From Candidatus Dormiibacterota bacterium (GTDB lineage: Bacteria > Chloroflexota > Dormibacteria > Aeolococcales > Aeolococcaceae): DNA of 64,000 nt. The position numbers and the translations under genes were made by a program. Numbering within the stretch: position 1 is the stretch's first letter; each line of letters starts with the position of its first letter. The notes beneath the pieces are model-generated. The model ran no database searches and was not told the DNA's origin. It saw only the letters and a program-made list of their open reading frames with translations. Of the stretch, positions 53,337 to 62,978 are shown in pieces. The DNA lies in contig CAVWRW010000002.1 of the NCBI GenBank assembly GCA_963757475.1, positions 340,211-404,210 on the forward strand, given 5' to 3'.

Positions 53337-54568
53337 ACGCCCGCGTGGCGAGGCTTCGCGAACGCCGCGACATGCCATGGATGCTGCTTGGCGCCGTCAT
53401 CGCCGTCTTCGTTGTCTTCGCCGTCGTGTACACGCGGATCACGCCGATCGGTGCGTCGCCGGACGAGCTGTCGCACCTGGGCTACATCCGCGGGATCGCC
53501 GACCACCTCCAGCTTCCGCCGGCGGGCCAGGCGGAGCGCCAGCAGCCGCCGCTGTACTACCTCCTGGGCGCGGTGCTCTCCAAGCTCACCGGTGGGGATC
53601 CGCGCCTCATCCGTCTGCTCTCGGTCGGGCTCGGCGTGCTCACGATCCTCACGGTCTCCCTGATCGCGCGGCGGCTCTTCCCGGCGCGTCCGGCACTCGC
53701 GGTGGGCGCTGCAGCGCTGGTCGCGTTGCTTCCCGAGGCCCAGTACCTGGCCGGGGCGATCAACGACGACAACCTCGCGTGGCTCGCCGGTGCGCTCCTT
53801 GTGCTCGCCGGCGTCATCGTGCTGCAGAGCGAGGTCCTGACCGATCGCCTCGCGCTCGGTGCCGGGCTTGCGGTGGCGCTCGCGGTGCTTGCCAAGGAGA
53901 CGGTGTGGCTGCTCGCGCTGCTGCTGCTTGTCGTGGTGGTGGTCCGCTTCTGGTCCAGGATCCGCGTGCCCCAGGCCGCGGCGCTTGTCGTGCCGTCCAT
54001 GGTCCTCGCCGGGTGGTGGTTCGTTCGCAACGCCGTGCAGTTCGGCAGCCCGCTGCCGCCGCTGCATCCCATCACGAGCCAGCGCCAGGTCTTCGACTCG
54101 CTGGCTCAGGTGCGCGGCTATCTCGCGGCGAGCGCCGTGAGCCTCGTCGGCATGTACGGCAACGGCGCCCATTTCGTGGCGATCTCCGTGCTCGGCCTCC
54201 GGCCGCTGCCGAGCGTCGTCGCCGGGGTGGCCATCGCGCTGCTGACCGTCGCCGGCGTGGTCGCAGTGGTGCGCGCATGGCCCCGGTGGAATGCGGGGCA
54301 CCGTCGAATCGCCCTGCTCCTCGTCGTGGTGATCGTCGTCGCGATCCTCCAGTCGGTGCTCAACTCGGCGACGTTCGATCTCCAGCCACAGGCGCGCTAT
54401 CTGCTCGTAGCCGTCGGGGCCGGGGCGCCGATCGTCGCGTGGACGCTGGCGTGGCGGCGGTCGGGGGACCTGTCGTTGCTGCGGACGGGCGGCATCGGCG
54501 TGCTGGTCGCCGTTGCCCTCATCCTCGATGTGTCCGGACTCATCACTGCCGCGCACCTCGCGACCTGA
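53333..54568 (+). CDS. Polytopic membrane glycosyltransferase, GT-C fold candidate (ArnT/PMT_2-like), paralog 2
   Basis: GASPDELSHLGYIRGI, then QQPPLYYLLGAV, and many TM segments. GTG 53333 overlaps the upstream stop (GTGA). Alternative starts are 53300 or ATG 53372. Confidence 0.7.
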   Translation: MNARVARLRERRDMPWMLLGAVIAVFVVFAVVYTRITPIGASPDELSHLGYIRGIADHLQLPPAGQAERQQPPLYYLLGAVLSKLTGGDPRLIRLLSVGLGVLTILTVSLIARRLFPARPALAVGAAALVALLPEAQYLAGAINDDNLAWLAGALLVLAGVIVLQSEVLTDRLALGAGLAVALAVLAKETVWLLALLLLVVVVVRFWSRIRVPQAAALVVPSMVLAGWWFVRNAVQFGSPLPPLHPITSQRQVFDSLAQVRGYLAASAVSLVGMYGNGAHFVAISVLGLRPLPSVVAGVAIALLTVAGVVAVVRAWPRWNAGHRRIALLLVVVIVVAILQSVLNSATFDLQPQARYLLVAVGAGAPIVAWTLAWRRSGDLSLLRTGGIGVLVAVALILDVSGLITAAHLAT

Positions 54569-55513
54569 TCAGCGAACCTGGCCCCGGAAGCTCTCGAACG
54601 TTCGGGCGAGGCCGTCCTCGAGGCTGACCTGCGGGCGCCAGCCGAGACGGTCCGCCGCCAGCGTGTTGTCGAGCGCGCTGCGCGTCACCTCGCCCGGCGG
54701 CAGGGGTTCGGCAGCAGGCTCATCGCGGTATCCGGCGAGCGCGCAGAGGCTCCGGACGAGATCGCCGATCGCTGTTTCGTGGCCGGTGCCGATATTCACG
54801 GCGCCGGTCGCGGTCGAGCTGAGTCCGAGGACGTTGGCGGCGACGATGTCGCCGACGTACGTGAAGTCGCGGGTCTGGGACCCGTCACCGCGGATCACCG
54901 GCGCCTGACCGGCAAGGAGGCGGGAGCTCGAGATGGCGACCACGCCCGCCTCGCCGGTGCCGTCCTGACCAGGGCCGTAGACGTTGCCGTAGCGGAGCGC
55001 CAGCGCGTCGAGCGCGCCGGCGCGTGTGAAATGCCCGAGGTAGTACTCGATGCAGAGTTTCGCCGTGCCGTACGGCGACCGAGGCTTCGAGGGTTCGTCC
55101 TCCGGTGTCGGCAACCGGCTGGCCGCTCCGTACAGCGCGCCACCGGACGACGCGACGACAACGCGACGGCACCCTGCGCTGATCGCCGCCGACAGGATGC
55201 TGACGGTGCCGAGGACGTTGATGTGCGCGTCGGCGGCGGGTTCCCGCCACGAACGGTTGACACCGCCCTGCGCGGCGAGGTGGAGGATCGCGGTGGGCCG
55301 CCACCCGTCAATGGCGGCGCGCGCCGGGGCCTCGGCAACATCCGCCCTTTCGAGCTGGGCGGCTGCCGGCAACGGACGGTACGAGGCGTGCCGGAGGTCG
55401 TCGATGACCATGACCTCGGCACCGGCATCGAGCAATGCCTCGACGCTGTGCACGCCGATGAAACCCGCACCGCCGGTCACGACGACTCGCTGGCCGGCCA
55501 TGCTCGTCGCCAT
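54569..55513 (-). CDS. NAD-dependent sugar-nucleotide epimerase/dehydratase (GalE-like SDR)
   Basis: VVVTGGAGFIGVH, the catalytic YGTAK, and ..RYGNVYGPGQ.. It is convergent with, and abuts, the GT-C paralog 2 stop. Confidence 0.85.
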   Translation of the reverse strand: MATSMAGQRVVVTGGAGFIGVHSVEALLDAGAEVMVIDDLRHASYRPLPAAAQLERADVAEAPARAAIDGWRPTAILHLAAQGGVNRSWREPAADAHINVLGTVSILSAAISAGCRRVVVASSGGALYGAASRLPTPEDEPSKPRSPYGTAKLCIEYYLGHFTRAGALDALALRYGNVYGPGQDGTGEAGVVAISSSRLLAGQAPVIRGDGSQTRDFTYVGDIVAANVLGLSSTATGAVNIGTGHETAIGDLVRSLCALAGYRDEPAAEPLPPGEVTRSALDNTLAADRLGWRPQVSLEDGLARTFESFRGQVR

Positions 55514-56475
55514 CAGTTGCGACTCATCACCGCGCGCAGGAAGAGCGCGGTATTCGCGGGTCGCTCTGCCATGCGGCGCATGAGGTAGCCGTACCACTGC
55601 ACCCCGAACGGCACGTACACGCGGACCGTCTCTCCATCGGCGGCAAGTCTGCGCTGCTCGTCCGGACGGATGCCGTGGAGCATCTGGTACTCGTGGGGGA
55701 AGCCCGCGCCACCGAGCGTCGCAATCAACCGGCCGGTCGCGTCGATGAGCTTCGGATCGTGGGTCGCCGCCATCGGCAGCGCCCCACCACCGATGAGCAG
55801 GCTCAAGCAGCGCAGATATGCGGCGCGGATTTCGTCCGGCCGCTGCCACGCGAGCGCCGGCGGCTCCTGGTACGCGCCCTTGCAGAGCCGTACTCGCGAG
55901 CCGGGGACGCCGAGCGTCCGGCAATCGGCCTCGGTTCGGTGCAGTGAGGCCTGGAGGACCGCGCCCGTTGTGGGGAAATCCTGCCGAAGCAGTGCGACCG
56001 CGTTCAGCGTCGCGTCAGTCGTGGTGTGATCCTCCATGTCGATCGTGACCATCGTCCCGGCGGCTCGCGCCGCCTCGCAGATGAGGCGGGCGTTGTCGAG
56101 CGCCATCTCCTCATCGAGCGCCTGGCCGACGGCCGAGAGCTTTACCGACATCTCCGATCTGGACGCCAGACCTTCGGCTGCGAGGCGCCCCGCGAGGGTC
56201 CGGTAGGCGTCGACGGCCGCCTGGGCCGTCGCTCGGTCGAGCGTGTCCTCGCCGAGGTGGTCGAGCGAGACGAGGAGCCCTTCAGCGGTGAGCTCGCGGG
56301 TCACCCGGAGCGCATCTTCGATGGACTCGCCCGCAACGAAGCGGCGGACGACGCCGCGAGTCACCGGCGCAGCCGTGATCACTCGTTTGATCTGTCGGCG
56401 ACGCGACGCCCAGAGCAGGATGTGGCGGAGCGCGACCGCGGGAGTCGGGCGCGCGCGCCGGGCTTCGCTGCTCAC
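55513..56475 (-). CDS. Proline dehydrogenase
   Basis: RRFVAGESIEDAL, VSLDHLGE, VTIDMEDH, VLQASLHRTE, RLCKGAY, ATHD, EYQMLHG, YVPFG..WYGYLMRRMAERPAN. The start was chosen at GTG 56475 (VSSEARR..), and the ORF-track ATG 56562 would overlap the upstream gene. Confidence 0.85.
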   Translation of the reverse strand: MSSEARRARPTPAVALRHILLWASRRRQIKRVITAAPVTRGVVRRFVAGESIEDALRVTRELTAEGLLVSLDHLGEDTLDRATAQAAVDAYRTLAGRLAAEGLASRSEMSVKLSAVGQALDEEMALDNARLICEAARAAGTMVTIDMEDHTTTDATLNAVALLRQDFPTTGAVLQASLHRTEADCRTLGVPGSRVRLCKGAYQEPPALAWQRPDEIRAAYLRCLSLLIGGGALPMAATHDPKLIDATGRLIATLGGAGFPHEYQMLHGIRPDEQRRLAADGETVRVYVPFGVQWYGYLMRRMAERPANTALFLRAVMSRN

Positions 56476-56509
56476 CGCGGGATTATGTCCTCGCCCAGCA
56501 CCGGTCTGA

Positions 56510-57271
56510 TCAGACCGCCCAGCGCGGGGGCCGGCGCTCGAGGAAGGCAACCATCCCTTCATGCGCCTCCTCCGAGCCGAAGAGCCGCGCGGAGAGCTCC
56601 ACCAAGCGCTCGCCGTCGGCCTTGATGGCCGCGCGCACGCCCGCGGTGATGAGTCGCTTCGATTCCGCGAGGCCCTGCGGCGAGCCCTTCAACAGTTGGG
56701 CGGTGAGCGCTGCCGTGGTCTCGGCGGTGTTGTCGGTTGCCACCGTCACCGCGCCGATGCGCACGGCCTCCGCTGCATCGAATGTCTCGCCCGTGAGGAA
56801 GTAGCGCGCCGCGGCGCGCGCATCGAGACGCGGGAGAAGAGCCACGGAGACGACGGCCGCGGCCAGTCCCAGGCGCACCTCGGTGAGCGCGAACGTGCAG
56901 CGCGGACCGGCCACCACGATGTCGGAGGCGCCGATCAGTCCGAGGCCGCCGGCCCGGACGTTGCCGTCGATACTGGCAATAACAGGTTTGGATGTGTCGA
57001 TGAGCCGGCCGATGAGGCGCAGCAGTGTCGATGCGGTTCCTGTCATCGAGCCGCTCCGCGCCTCGGAGAGATCGGCTCCCGCGCAGAACGTTGTGCCTGT
57101 GTGGGTGAGCACGATGGCGCGTGCGCCGGTGTCTGCGTCCGCGTCGTCCAGCCGTTCGATGAGCTCGGTCACAAGCCGCGCAGAGAGGGCGTTGCGGTTG
57201 TGCGGCGAATCGAGCGTGATGGTGGCGATGCCGCCATCGGTGTTGAGGTGGACGAGTTCGGTGTCGGTCAT
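56510..57271 (-). CDS. Enoyl-CoA hydratase/isomerase (crotonase) family protein
   Basis: GIATITLDSPHNRNAL, VLTHTGTTFCAGADLSE, IASIDGNVRAGGLGL. ATG 57271 is preceded by GGGGGA, and ATG 57301 is also possible. Confidence 0.85.
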   Translation of the reverse strand: MTDTELVHLNTDGGIATITLDSPHNRNALSARLVTELIERLDDADADTGARAIVLTHTGTTFCAGADLSEARSGSMTGTASTLLRLIGRLIDTSKPVIASIDGNVRAGGLGLIGASDIVVAGPRCTFALTEVRLGLAAAVVSVALLPRLDARAAARYFLTGETFDAAEAVRIGAVTVATDNTAETTAALTAQLLKGSPQGLAESKRLITAGVRAAIKADGERLVELSARLFGSEEAHEGMVAFLERRPPRWAV

Positions 57272-57325
57272 CAGATTCCCCCGGAAGGTCGACGAATCCA
57301 CAGGCCCGGCAAGGCTACGCCTTCG

Positions 57326-58198
57326 CTAGGCGGCGTAAGCGTGCGGCACTCGTGACCGGTGCCGGACGCCATCGATCGCGAGTATCGCAAGCGCGATCCA
57401 GACGAGACCGAAGCCACACAGCAGTGCGAACGATGTCGTCTCACGCAGGATGAGCACGCCGATCACGAACTGCAGCATCGGAGTCAGGTACTGCAGCAGT
57501 CCCATCGTCGACAGTGGAAGGCGCGATGCAGCACCGGCGAACAGGAGGAGCGGGACCGCGGTGATCGGTCCCGCCGACAGCAAGAGGAGCAGATGGCCGG
57601 CGGTCGCGCCGTGCCCCACCCAGGTTGCATTTCCGGAGACCGCCAGCGCGCCGAGGAGTATCAGCGCTGGAATCGCCAGCACCCCACCCTCGATGACGAG
57701 ACCCTCGGGCGGTGACACCTTGACGCCCTTCTTGATGAAGCCATATGTGCCGAAGGATGCGGCGAGCGCGAGCGCGATCCACGGCGGACGCCCGTAGTCA
57801 AAGCTCAACACCGTCACTGCGACGAGGCCGAGCGCGACCGCAGTCCACTGGACGACACGGAGTCGCTCGCGGAGGATGACGACGCCGAGGCCGATCGTGA
57901 GCAGGGGATTGATGAAGTAGCCAAGGCTTGTCTCGATGACGTGGCCGTTGTTGACGCCCCAGATGTAGATGCCCCAGTTGGCGGCGATCGCAATCCCCGC
58001 TGCGCAGAGTCGCAGCAATGTGCTGCGATCAATCGCGCGCAGTCCGCCCAGCTCGTGGCGCACGGCGAGGATGATCACGACAACCACGAGGCAGAACAGG
58101 ATTCGGCACGCGAGGATCTCGAGCGGATCCGCGGGCTCGAGCAGTGGCCAGAACAGCGGGAACAGCCCCCACGCGGCGTATGCGGCGACGCCGTACAC
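57326..58198 (-). CDS. rarD: EamA/RarD-family (DMT superfamily) transporter
   Basis: YGVAAYAAWGLFPLFWPLL..LEILACRILF. It has ten TM segments in two EamA halves and a GTG start. An upstream ATG in another frame (58247) might mark a further N-terminal frameshift. Confidence 0.8.
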   Translation of the reverse strand: MYGVAAYAAWGLFPLFWPLLEPADPLEILACRILFCLVVVVIILAVRHELGGLRAIDRSTLLRLCAAGIAIAANWGIYIWGVNNGHVIETSLGYFINPLLTIGLGVVILRERLRVVQWTAVALGLVAVTVLSFDYGRPPWIALALAASFGTYGFIKKGVKVSPPEGLVIEGGVLAIPALILLGALAVSGNATWVGHGATAGHLLLLLSAGPITAVPLLLFAGAASRLPLSTMGLLQYLTPMLQFVIGVLILRETTSFALLCGFGLVWIALAILAIDGVRHRSRVPHAYAA

Positions 58199-58297
58199 GA
58201 GTTCCGGTCGCGTTCGAGGTCGGGTTCTGGCGATGGGGCGTGCTCATGTCCGGATCGGCACCACGGTAGCGTGGAGCCGGACTCCGACGATCCGGCG

Positions 58298-58864
58298 CTA
58301 GTCGAGGTCGACGAGACCCTCTGCGACAGTGCGGTCGCGGCCTTTCGCGATTGCCTGCTCGAGGCAGTCGTCCGCGCGGGCGACGAGGTCGTCGAGACTT
58401 TCGGTCCCCCGATACGACACCAGACCGGCTGAGAACGATCGGCCTTTGGGGGTTTCCTCGCGAAGGCGCCAGCAGAGCTGTACTGCACTGGCCGTCTGGC
58501 AGTTCGGCAGCAGGATCGCGAACTCATCGTGTCCCCAGCGGCCGATCAGGTCCTCTGCGCGAAGGACCTCACGCCAGCGTGCCGTGGCCTCGCGCAACGC
58601 ATCGTCGTGAGCGGCCGAGTCGGTGTTCTTGTCCAGCTCATCGAATGCGACGAGCGCAAAGCACAGCGGGTGTCCGTTGCGGCGGGCGAAGGCGACATGA
58701 CGAGCCGCCTCCTCCTCGAAGGAACGCCGATCGGGCAGCGACTCGAGCGTGAACGGCTCAGCGTGAGCGGAAATCGAGGGAGTGATGATCGCGCCCTCCT
58801 CGTTCTCGAAGATGGCAAGCTCTTCGTCGCTGAGCGACTCGGCTCGCTGGCCGGCGATCCTCAT
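58298..58864 (-). CDS. Stand-alone GGDEF-domain protein with degenerate active site (GHDEF) and intact RxxD I-site
   Basis: ..LPDRRSFEEE.., ALVAFDELDK, and RAEDLIGRWGHDEFAILLP, which aligns with the RxxD-x5-GG(D/E)EF spacing. There is no sensor or TM domain. Confidence 0.8.
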   Translation of the reverse strand: MRIAGQRAESLSDEELAIFENEEGAIITPSISAHAEPFTLESLPDRRSFEEEAARHVAFARRNGHPLCFALVAFDELDKNTDSAAHDDALREATARWREVLRAEDLIGRWGHDEFAILLPNCQTASAVQLCWRLREETPKGRSFSAGLVSYRGTESLDDLVARADDCLEQAIAKGRDRTVAEGLVDLD

Positions 58865-59060
58865 CGAGAGCGACCCTCAGCGCGCCGGCTGGCATTGGGG
58901 CGTGGGGCAGCGGTCGCGGGAATCGTCATGCCCTCAGTCTCGCGGGCGAGCGTCGCTGGACGCTCAGCACTGATGTGACGGGTGTGTCGCGGCTTCCCCC
59001 CAGCTTTCTGGGATGGCCTCCGCGGCGATCTCGCGAGAAGCTCAAGCCAACGTCAAATCA

Positions 59061-59372
59061 ATGGAGGAGCTTGCAGTGTTCGCACGTACATCAGTCTGGA
59101 CCGGGACCCCGGAAGCACTCGACAAGTGGGATGCGGGCGTCGCCACCGTGAGGCCCTTCGTCGCATCACTCGACGGCAATGCCGGTGCGTTCTTCTTCAT
59201 CGACCGCGCCGCGGGCCGGGCGCTCACCCTGACTCTCTGGAAGACGGAGGCCGCCGCTGTCGCAAGTGACGCTTTTGCGGACCAGAGTTGAGCGAGGACC
59301 GTGGCCTCGACCGGGGTCAGCCTCCTCGAGCGTGGCCAGTACGAGGTCGTCGAGCCGTCCGCGGCCGTCTGA
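59061..59372 (+). pseudogene. Small ABM/dimeric alpha-beta-barrel-like protein interrupted by an in-frame TGA
   Basis: MEELAVFARTSVWTGTPEALDKWDAGVATVRPFVASLDGNAGAFFFIDRAAGRALTLTLWKTEAAAVASDAFADQS, then TGA (59289-59291), then the same frame continues ARTVASTGVSLLERGQYEVVEPSAAV to a stop at 59370-59372. The family call is by pattern only. Confidence 0.5.
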
Positions 59373-59414
59373 GCGTCCATACTCGGAGATGAACGGAGGC
59401 GAGGAGAAACCCAA

Positions 59415-60524
59415 GTGGTGACCGGCGACATCATGCGTCGGGACGCAGAGCAATCGATCATCGAGCTCTGCCGTTCGGGCCTCGACCCCGAGAGCCTTCG
59501 TGCGGGGTTGCTGCCCCGATTGCGCCGTGCGGTGCCCGCGGACGGGCTCTGGTGGGCAACGGTCGACCCGGCGACGCTCCTCTTCACCGGGACGTACCAG
59601 GAGGAGATTCCAGAGCGGACCAAGCCGTATTTCCTCGAGAACGAGTTCGTCGCCGACGACGTCAACAAATGGGTCGACGTCGCGCGCCACCCTGGTGGCG
59701 TCAGAACCCTGGAGGACGCGACCGGCGGCGTGTGGTCGCGGAGCGCGCGATACAGCGAGATCTTCCAGCCGCTCGGTTTCGGCGACGAGCTCCGCGCTGT
59801 GTTCAGCGTGCAGGGCGCGTGCTGGGGATTTCTCTGCCTGCACCGGGAGGGGAGGCACTCGTTCTCGTCGGAGGATGCGCTCTTCCTCAAGCGCATCGCA
59901 CCGCATGTGGCCCTTGGACTTCGCGCCGGGCTCGTCGTCGGGACGCTCGACTCCGCGGACGTGGCCCGAGCCCCGGGTGTCGTCCTCCTCAGCCCCGAAC
60001 TGTCGCTGCTCGGCTCGACGCCGGCTGCGGAGCAGTGGCTCGAAGAGCTCGGATACGCGGCGGATCGGGACGCGTTGCTGCCGACTGAGCTGCTCGCCGT
60101 TGCGGCGCGCGTGGCCGGCGTTGCCACCCCTGGGTCTGCGGTGCCGCGGCTGCGAGTGCGAACGAGGGCGGGCCGATGGGCGGTGCTGCACGCGTCGCAT
60201 CTTCCCAGCGAAGGTCGCGACGCCATCGCGGTGATCATCGAGAGTGCGTCAGCGGCCGAGGTCGCGCCGATCATCATGCTTGCGTACGGGCTATCGGAAC
60301 AGGAGCGCACGGTCACCGGGCTCGTCTGTCAGGGAATGTCGACGTCCGAGATCGCGAGGCGTGCGGGGATCACCGTCAACACAGTCCAGGACCATCTCAA
60401 GTCAGTGTTCAACAAGGTCGGTGTTCGCAGCCGGCGTGAGCTGGTGGTTCAGGTGTTTCGCGATCACTACGCGCCCGGCGCGCAGTCCGGACGGGAAGTC
60501 GGCGCCTCGGGGTACTTCGCCTGA
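59415..60524 (+). CDS. LuxR-family transcriptional regulator with N-terminal GAF-like sensor region
   Basis: The C-terminal HTH is LSEQERTVTGLVCQGMSTSEIARRAGITVNTVQDHLKSVFNKVGVRSRREL. GTG 59415 is preceded by GAGGAG. Confidence 0.8.
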   Translation: MVTGDIMRRDAEQSIIELCRSGLDPESLRAGLLPRLRRAVPADGLWWATVDPATLLFTGTYQEEIPERTKPYFLENEFVADDVNKWVDVARHPGGVRTLEDATGGVWSRSARYSEIFQPLGFGDELRAVFSVQGACWGFLCLHREGRHSFSSEDALFLKRIAPHVALGLRAGLVVGTLDSADVARAPGVVLLSPELSLLGSTPAAEQWLEELGYAADRDALLPTELLAVAARVAGVATPGSAVPRLRVRTRAGRWAVLHASHLPSEGRDAIAVIIESASAAEVAPIIMLAYGLSEQERTVTGLVCQGMSTSEIARRAGITVNTVQDHLKSVFNKVGVRSRRELVVQVFRDHYAPGAQSGREVGASGYFA

Positions 60525-60540
60525 CGGAACCGTACGGCGA

Positions 60541-62004
60541 TCACCAGGTGACGGCGATGTACTTGCTCTCCATGAACTCGAGCAATCCGTCGTGACCGCC
60601 TTCGCGACCGAGGCCGCTCTGCTTGACGCCACCGAACGGCGCCGCCGGATCGGAGACGAGCGCCCGGTTGAGGCCGACCATGCCTGACTCGAGGGCCTCG
60701 CTGACACGGAGGCCGCGTCCCAGGTCGCCGGTGTAGATGTACGCGACGAGCCCGTATTCGGAGGCGTTCGCCATCGTGATCGCCTCCTCCTCGGTGTCGA
60801 AGACGACGAGCGGAGCCACAGGTCCGAAGATCTCCTCGCGAAGGATGCCGGCGTTCGCGGGCACGTCCACGAGCACGGTGGCGGGGTAGAAGAAGCCGGG
60901 CCCTTCCGGTATATGGCCGCCGACCGCGATTCGCGCGCCATCGCCGACCGCTCCGTCCACCAGCGACGCGACCTTGTCGCGGCCGGCGGCGTTGATCATC
61001 GGGCCGAGTTGCACGCCGTCCTCAAGACCGGGGCCGACGCGCAGCGCGCCCATGGCGGCGGCCATGCGATCGCCAAACTCCTTCGCGATGCCGCGCTGCA
61101 CGAGGAAGCGATTGGCGGATGTACACGCTTCGCCGCCGTTGCGCATCTTCGCGACCATCGCGCCGGCGACGGCGCTTTCCAGGTCCGCGTCATCGAACAC
61201 GACGAACGGCGCGTTGCCGCCGAGTTCCATCGAACAGCTGACGACGCAGTCGGCAGCCTCACGCAGCAACCCGCGGCCGACCTCCGTCGAGCCGGTGAAC
61301 GAGAGCTTGCGGACCCGTGGGTCATGGAGCATCGCCGACACGACCGGACCCGAACGCCGCGAGGGCACGACATTCACGACGCCCGCCGGAGCCCCCGCCT
61401 CGGTCAGCAGGGCGCCGAGCGCCAGCGCTGTTAGCGGGGTGTCCGACGCCGGCTTGAGGACGACGGTGCAGCCGGCCGCGAGGGCCGGCCCGATCTTCCG
61501 GGTCGCCATCGCCGCGGGGAAGTTCCACGGGGTGACGAGGATGCTGACCCCGATCGGCTGACGGAGCACGAGGATGCGATTGGTCCCCGCCGGCGCGGTG
61601 TGGAGATCACCGCCGGCACGGACCGCCTCCTCGGCGAACCAGCGGAAGAACTCGGCCGCATACGTCACCTCGCCCCGCGCATCGGAGAGGGACTTGCCGT
61701 TTTCGCGGACGATCAAACGGGCCAGCGCATCCGTGCGCTCGGTCATGAGCTCGAACATCCGCCGGAGGATCTCCGACCGCTGCCGCGGCGGGGTGGCGGC
61801 CCAGCCGGGGAGCGCAGCCGACGCGGCCGTGACAGCGGCGAGTCCGTCCTCGACGGAGGCGTCCGCAACAGTGGCGATGACATCACCCGTGGATGGGTCA
61901 TCGACGTCGAACGTGCGTCCCTCCGATGCGTCGACCCACTCGCCACCGATGAGCAGTTGCGTCGGCACGCCGACGGTCTCGGGACTCCGTGTGATCGTGC
62001 TCAT
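60541..62004 (-). CDS. gabD: NAD(P)-dependent succinate-semialdehyde dehydrogenase (aldehyde dehydrogenase family)
   Basis: VTPWNFPAAM, the catalytic Glu in MELGGNAPFVVF, Cys in GEACTSANRFLV, and EEIFGPV. The ATG overlaps the E1-beta stop (ATGA). Confidence 0.9.
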   Translation of the reverse strand: MSTITRSPETVGVPTQLLIGGEWVDASEGRTFDVDDPSTGDVIATVADASVEDGLAAVTAASAALPGWAATPPRQRSEILRRMFELMTERTDALARLIVRENGKSLSDARGEVTYAAEFFRWFAEEAVRAGGDLHTAPAGTNRILVLRQPIGVSILVTPWNFPAAMATRKIGPALAAGCTVVLKPASDTPLTALALGALLTEAGAPAGVVNVVPSRRSGPVVSAMLHDPRVRKLSFTGSTEVGRGLLREAADCVVSCSMELGGNAPFVVFDDADLESAVAGAMVAKMRNGGEACTSANRFLVQRGIAKEFGDRMAAAMGALRVGPGLEDGVQLGPMINAAGRDKVASLVDGAVGDGARIAVGGHIPEGPGFFYPATVLVDVPANAGILREEIFGPVAPLVVFDTEEEAITMANASEYGLVAYIYTGDLGRGLRVSEALESGMVGLNRALVSDPAAPFGGVKQSGLGREGGHDGLLEFMESKYIAVTW

Positions 62005-62978
62005 GACTGCATGGCCCTCTCGATGGTGGTGACAACGCGCTCGACCGACGGAATCGCCATGTCCTCGAGCGCGTCCGCAGATGGAAGCGGGATGTGTGGC
62101 GTGGTGATGCGCAGCGGCGGTCCGTCGAGCTCATTGAAGCACTCCTCGGCGACGATCGACACGAGCTCGGCTCCCCAGCCACAGAGCCGAGGGTTCTCCT
62201 CGACGGTGAACATGCGTCCCGTCGCCGAGACCTCTCGAAGAATCGTCTGGGTGTCGAGCGGCACCAGGCTGCGCACGTCGACGACCGTCGACTCGATCCC
62301 GCGGCCGGCGAGCGCTTCTGCCGCGGCGAGCGCGCGCGGGACCATTGCGGCCAGCGCGACGATGGTGGCGTCGTCGCCTGTGCGCAGCACCTTCGCCGAC
62401 CCGAGCGTATCGACGATCTCGCCATCCGGCACGTCGCCCTTGCTCGCGTACAGGCCCTTGTGCTCGAAGAAGAGGACCGGGTCCGGGTCGCGAACCGCGG
62501 CGGCGAACAGCCCGATGACGTCGGCGGGCGTCGACGGAGCCACGACCTTGAGGCCAGGCACCGCCATCGCCCAGTTCTCGACCGACTGCGAGTGCTGCGC
62601 GCCGAAACGCAGTCCGCCGCCGTTGCCCGAACGGATCACGAGCGGGAAGCTCACCTGACCGGACGTCATGTACGAGCTCTTGGCGATCTGGTTGGCGACC
62701 AGGTCCCAGCAGACCGCGAAGAAGTCGGCGAACATGATCTCGGCGATCGGCCGCAGGCCGGTCATGGCCGCGCCCATCGCGGCGCCGAGGATGGCCTGCT
62801 CGGAGATCGGCGTGTCGCGCACGCGCGCCGGGCCGAAGCGCTCGAGGAGACCGACCGTCGCCTTGAACACACCGCCGGCGCCGCCGACGTCTTCGCCAAG
62901 GAAGACGACGTTGGGGTCGCGATCCATCTCCTGCGCGATCGCCCGCGCGACGGCGCTCCGGTACGTCAGTTCCGCCAT
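62001..62978 (-). CDS. 2-oxoacid (pyruvate/acetoin-type) dehydrogenase E1 component, beta subunit
   Basis: MAELTYRSAVARAIAQEMDRDPNVVFLGEDVG..GGVFKAT..RVRDTPISEQAILGAAMGAAMTGLRPI. Confidence 0.9.
   Translation of the reverse strand: MAELTYRSAVARAIAQEMDRDPNVVFLGEDVGGAGGVFKATVGLLERFGPARVRDTPISEQAILGAAMGAAMTGLRPIAEIMFADFFAVCWDLVANQIAKSSYMTSGQVSFPLVIRSGNGGGLRFGAQHSQSVENWAMAVPGLKVVAPSTPADVIGLFAAAVRDPDPVLFFEHKGLYASKGDVPDGEIVDTLGSAKVLRTGDDATIVALAAMVPRALAAAEALAGRGIESTVVDVRSLVPLDTQTILREVSATGRMFTVEENPRLCGWGAELVSIVAEECFNELDGPPLRITTPHIPLPSADALEDMAIPSVERVVTTIERAMQS

Noticed and set aside
59289-59291. Selenocysteine recoding of the in-frame TGA.
   Set aside because: I could see no convincing stem-loop immediately downstream, the context is not a redox CxxU/UxxC-type site, and no sel genes are in the window. 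It is kept only as something to exclude in the related finding.
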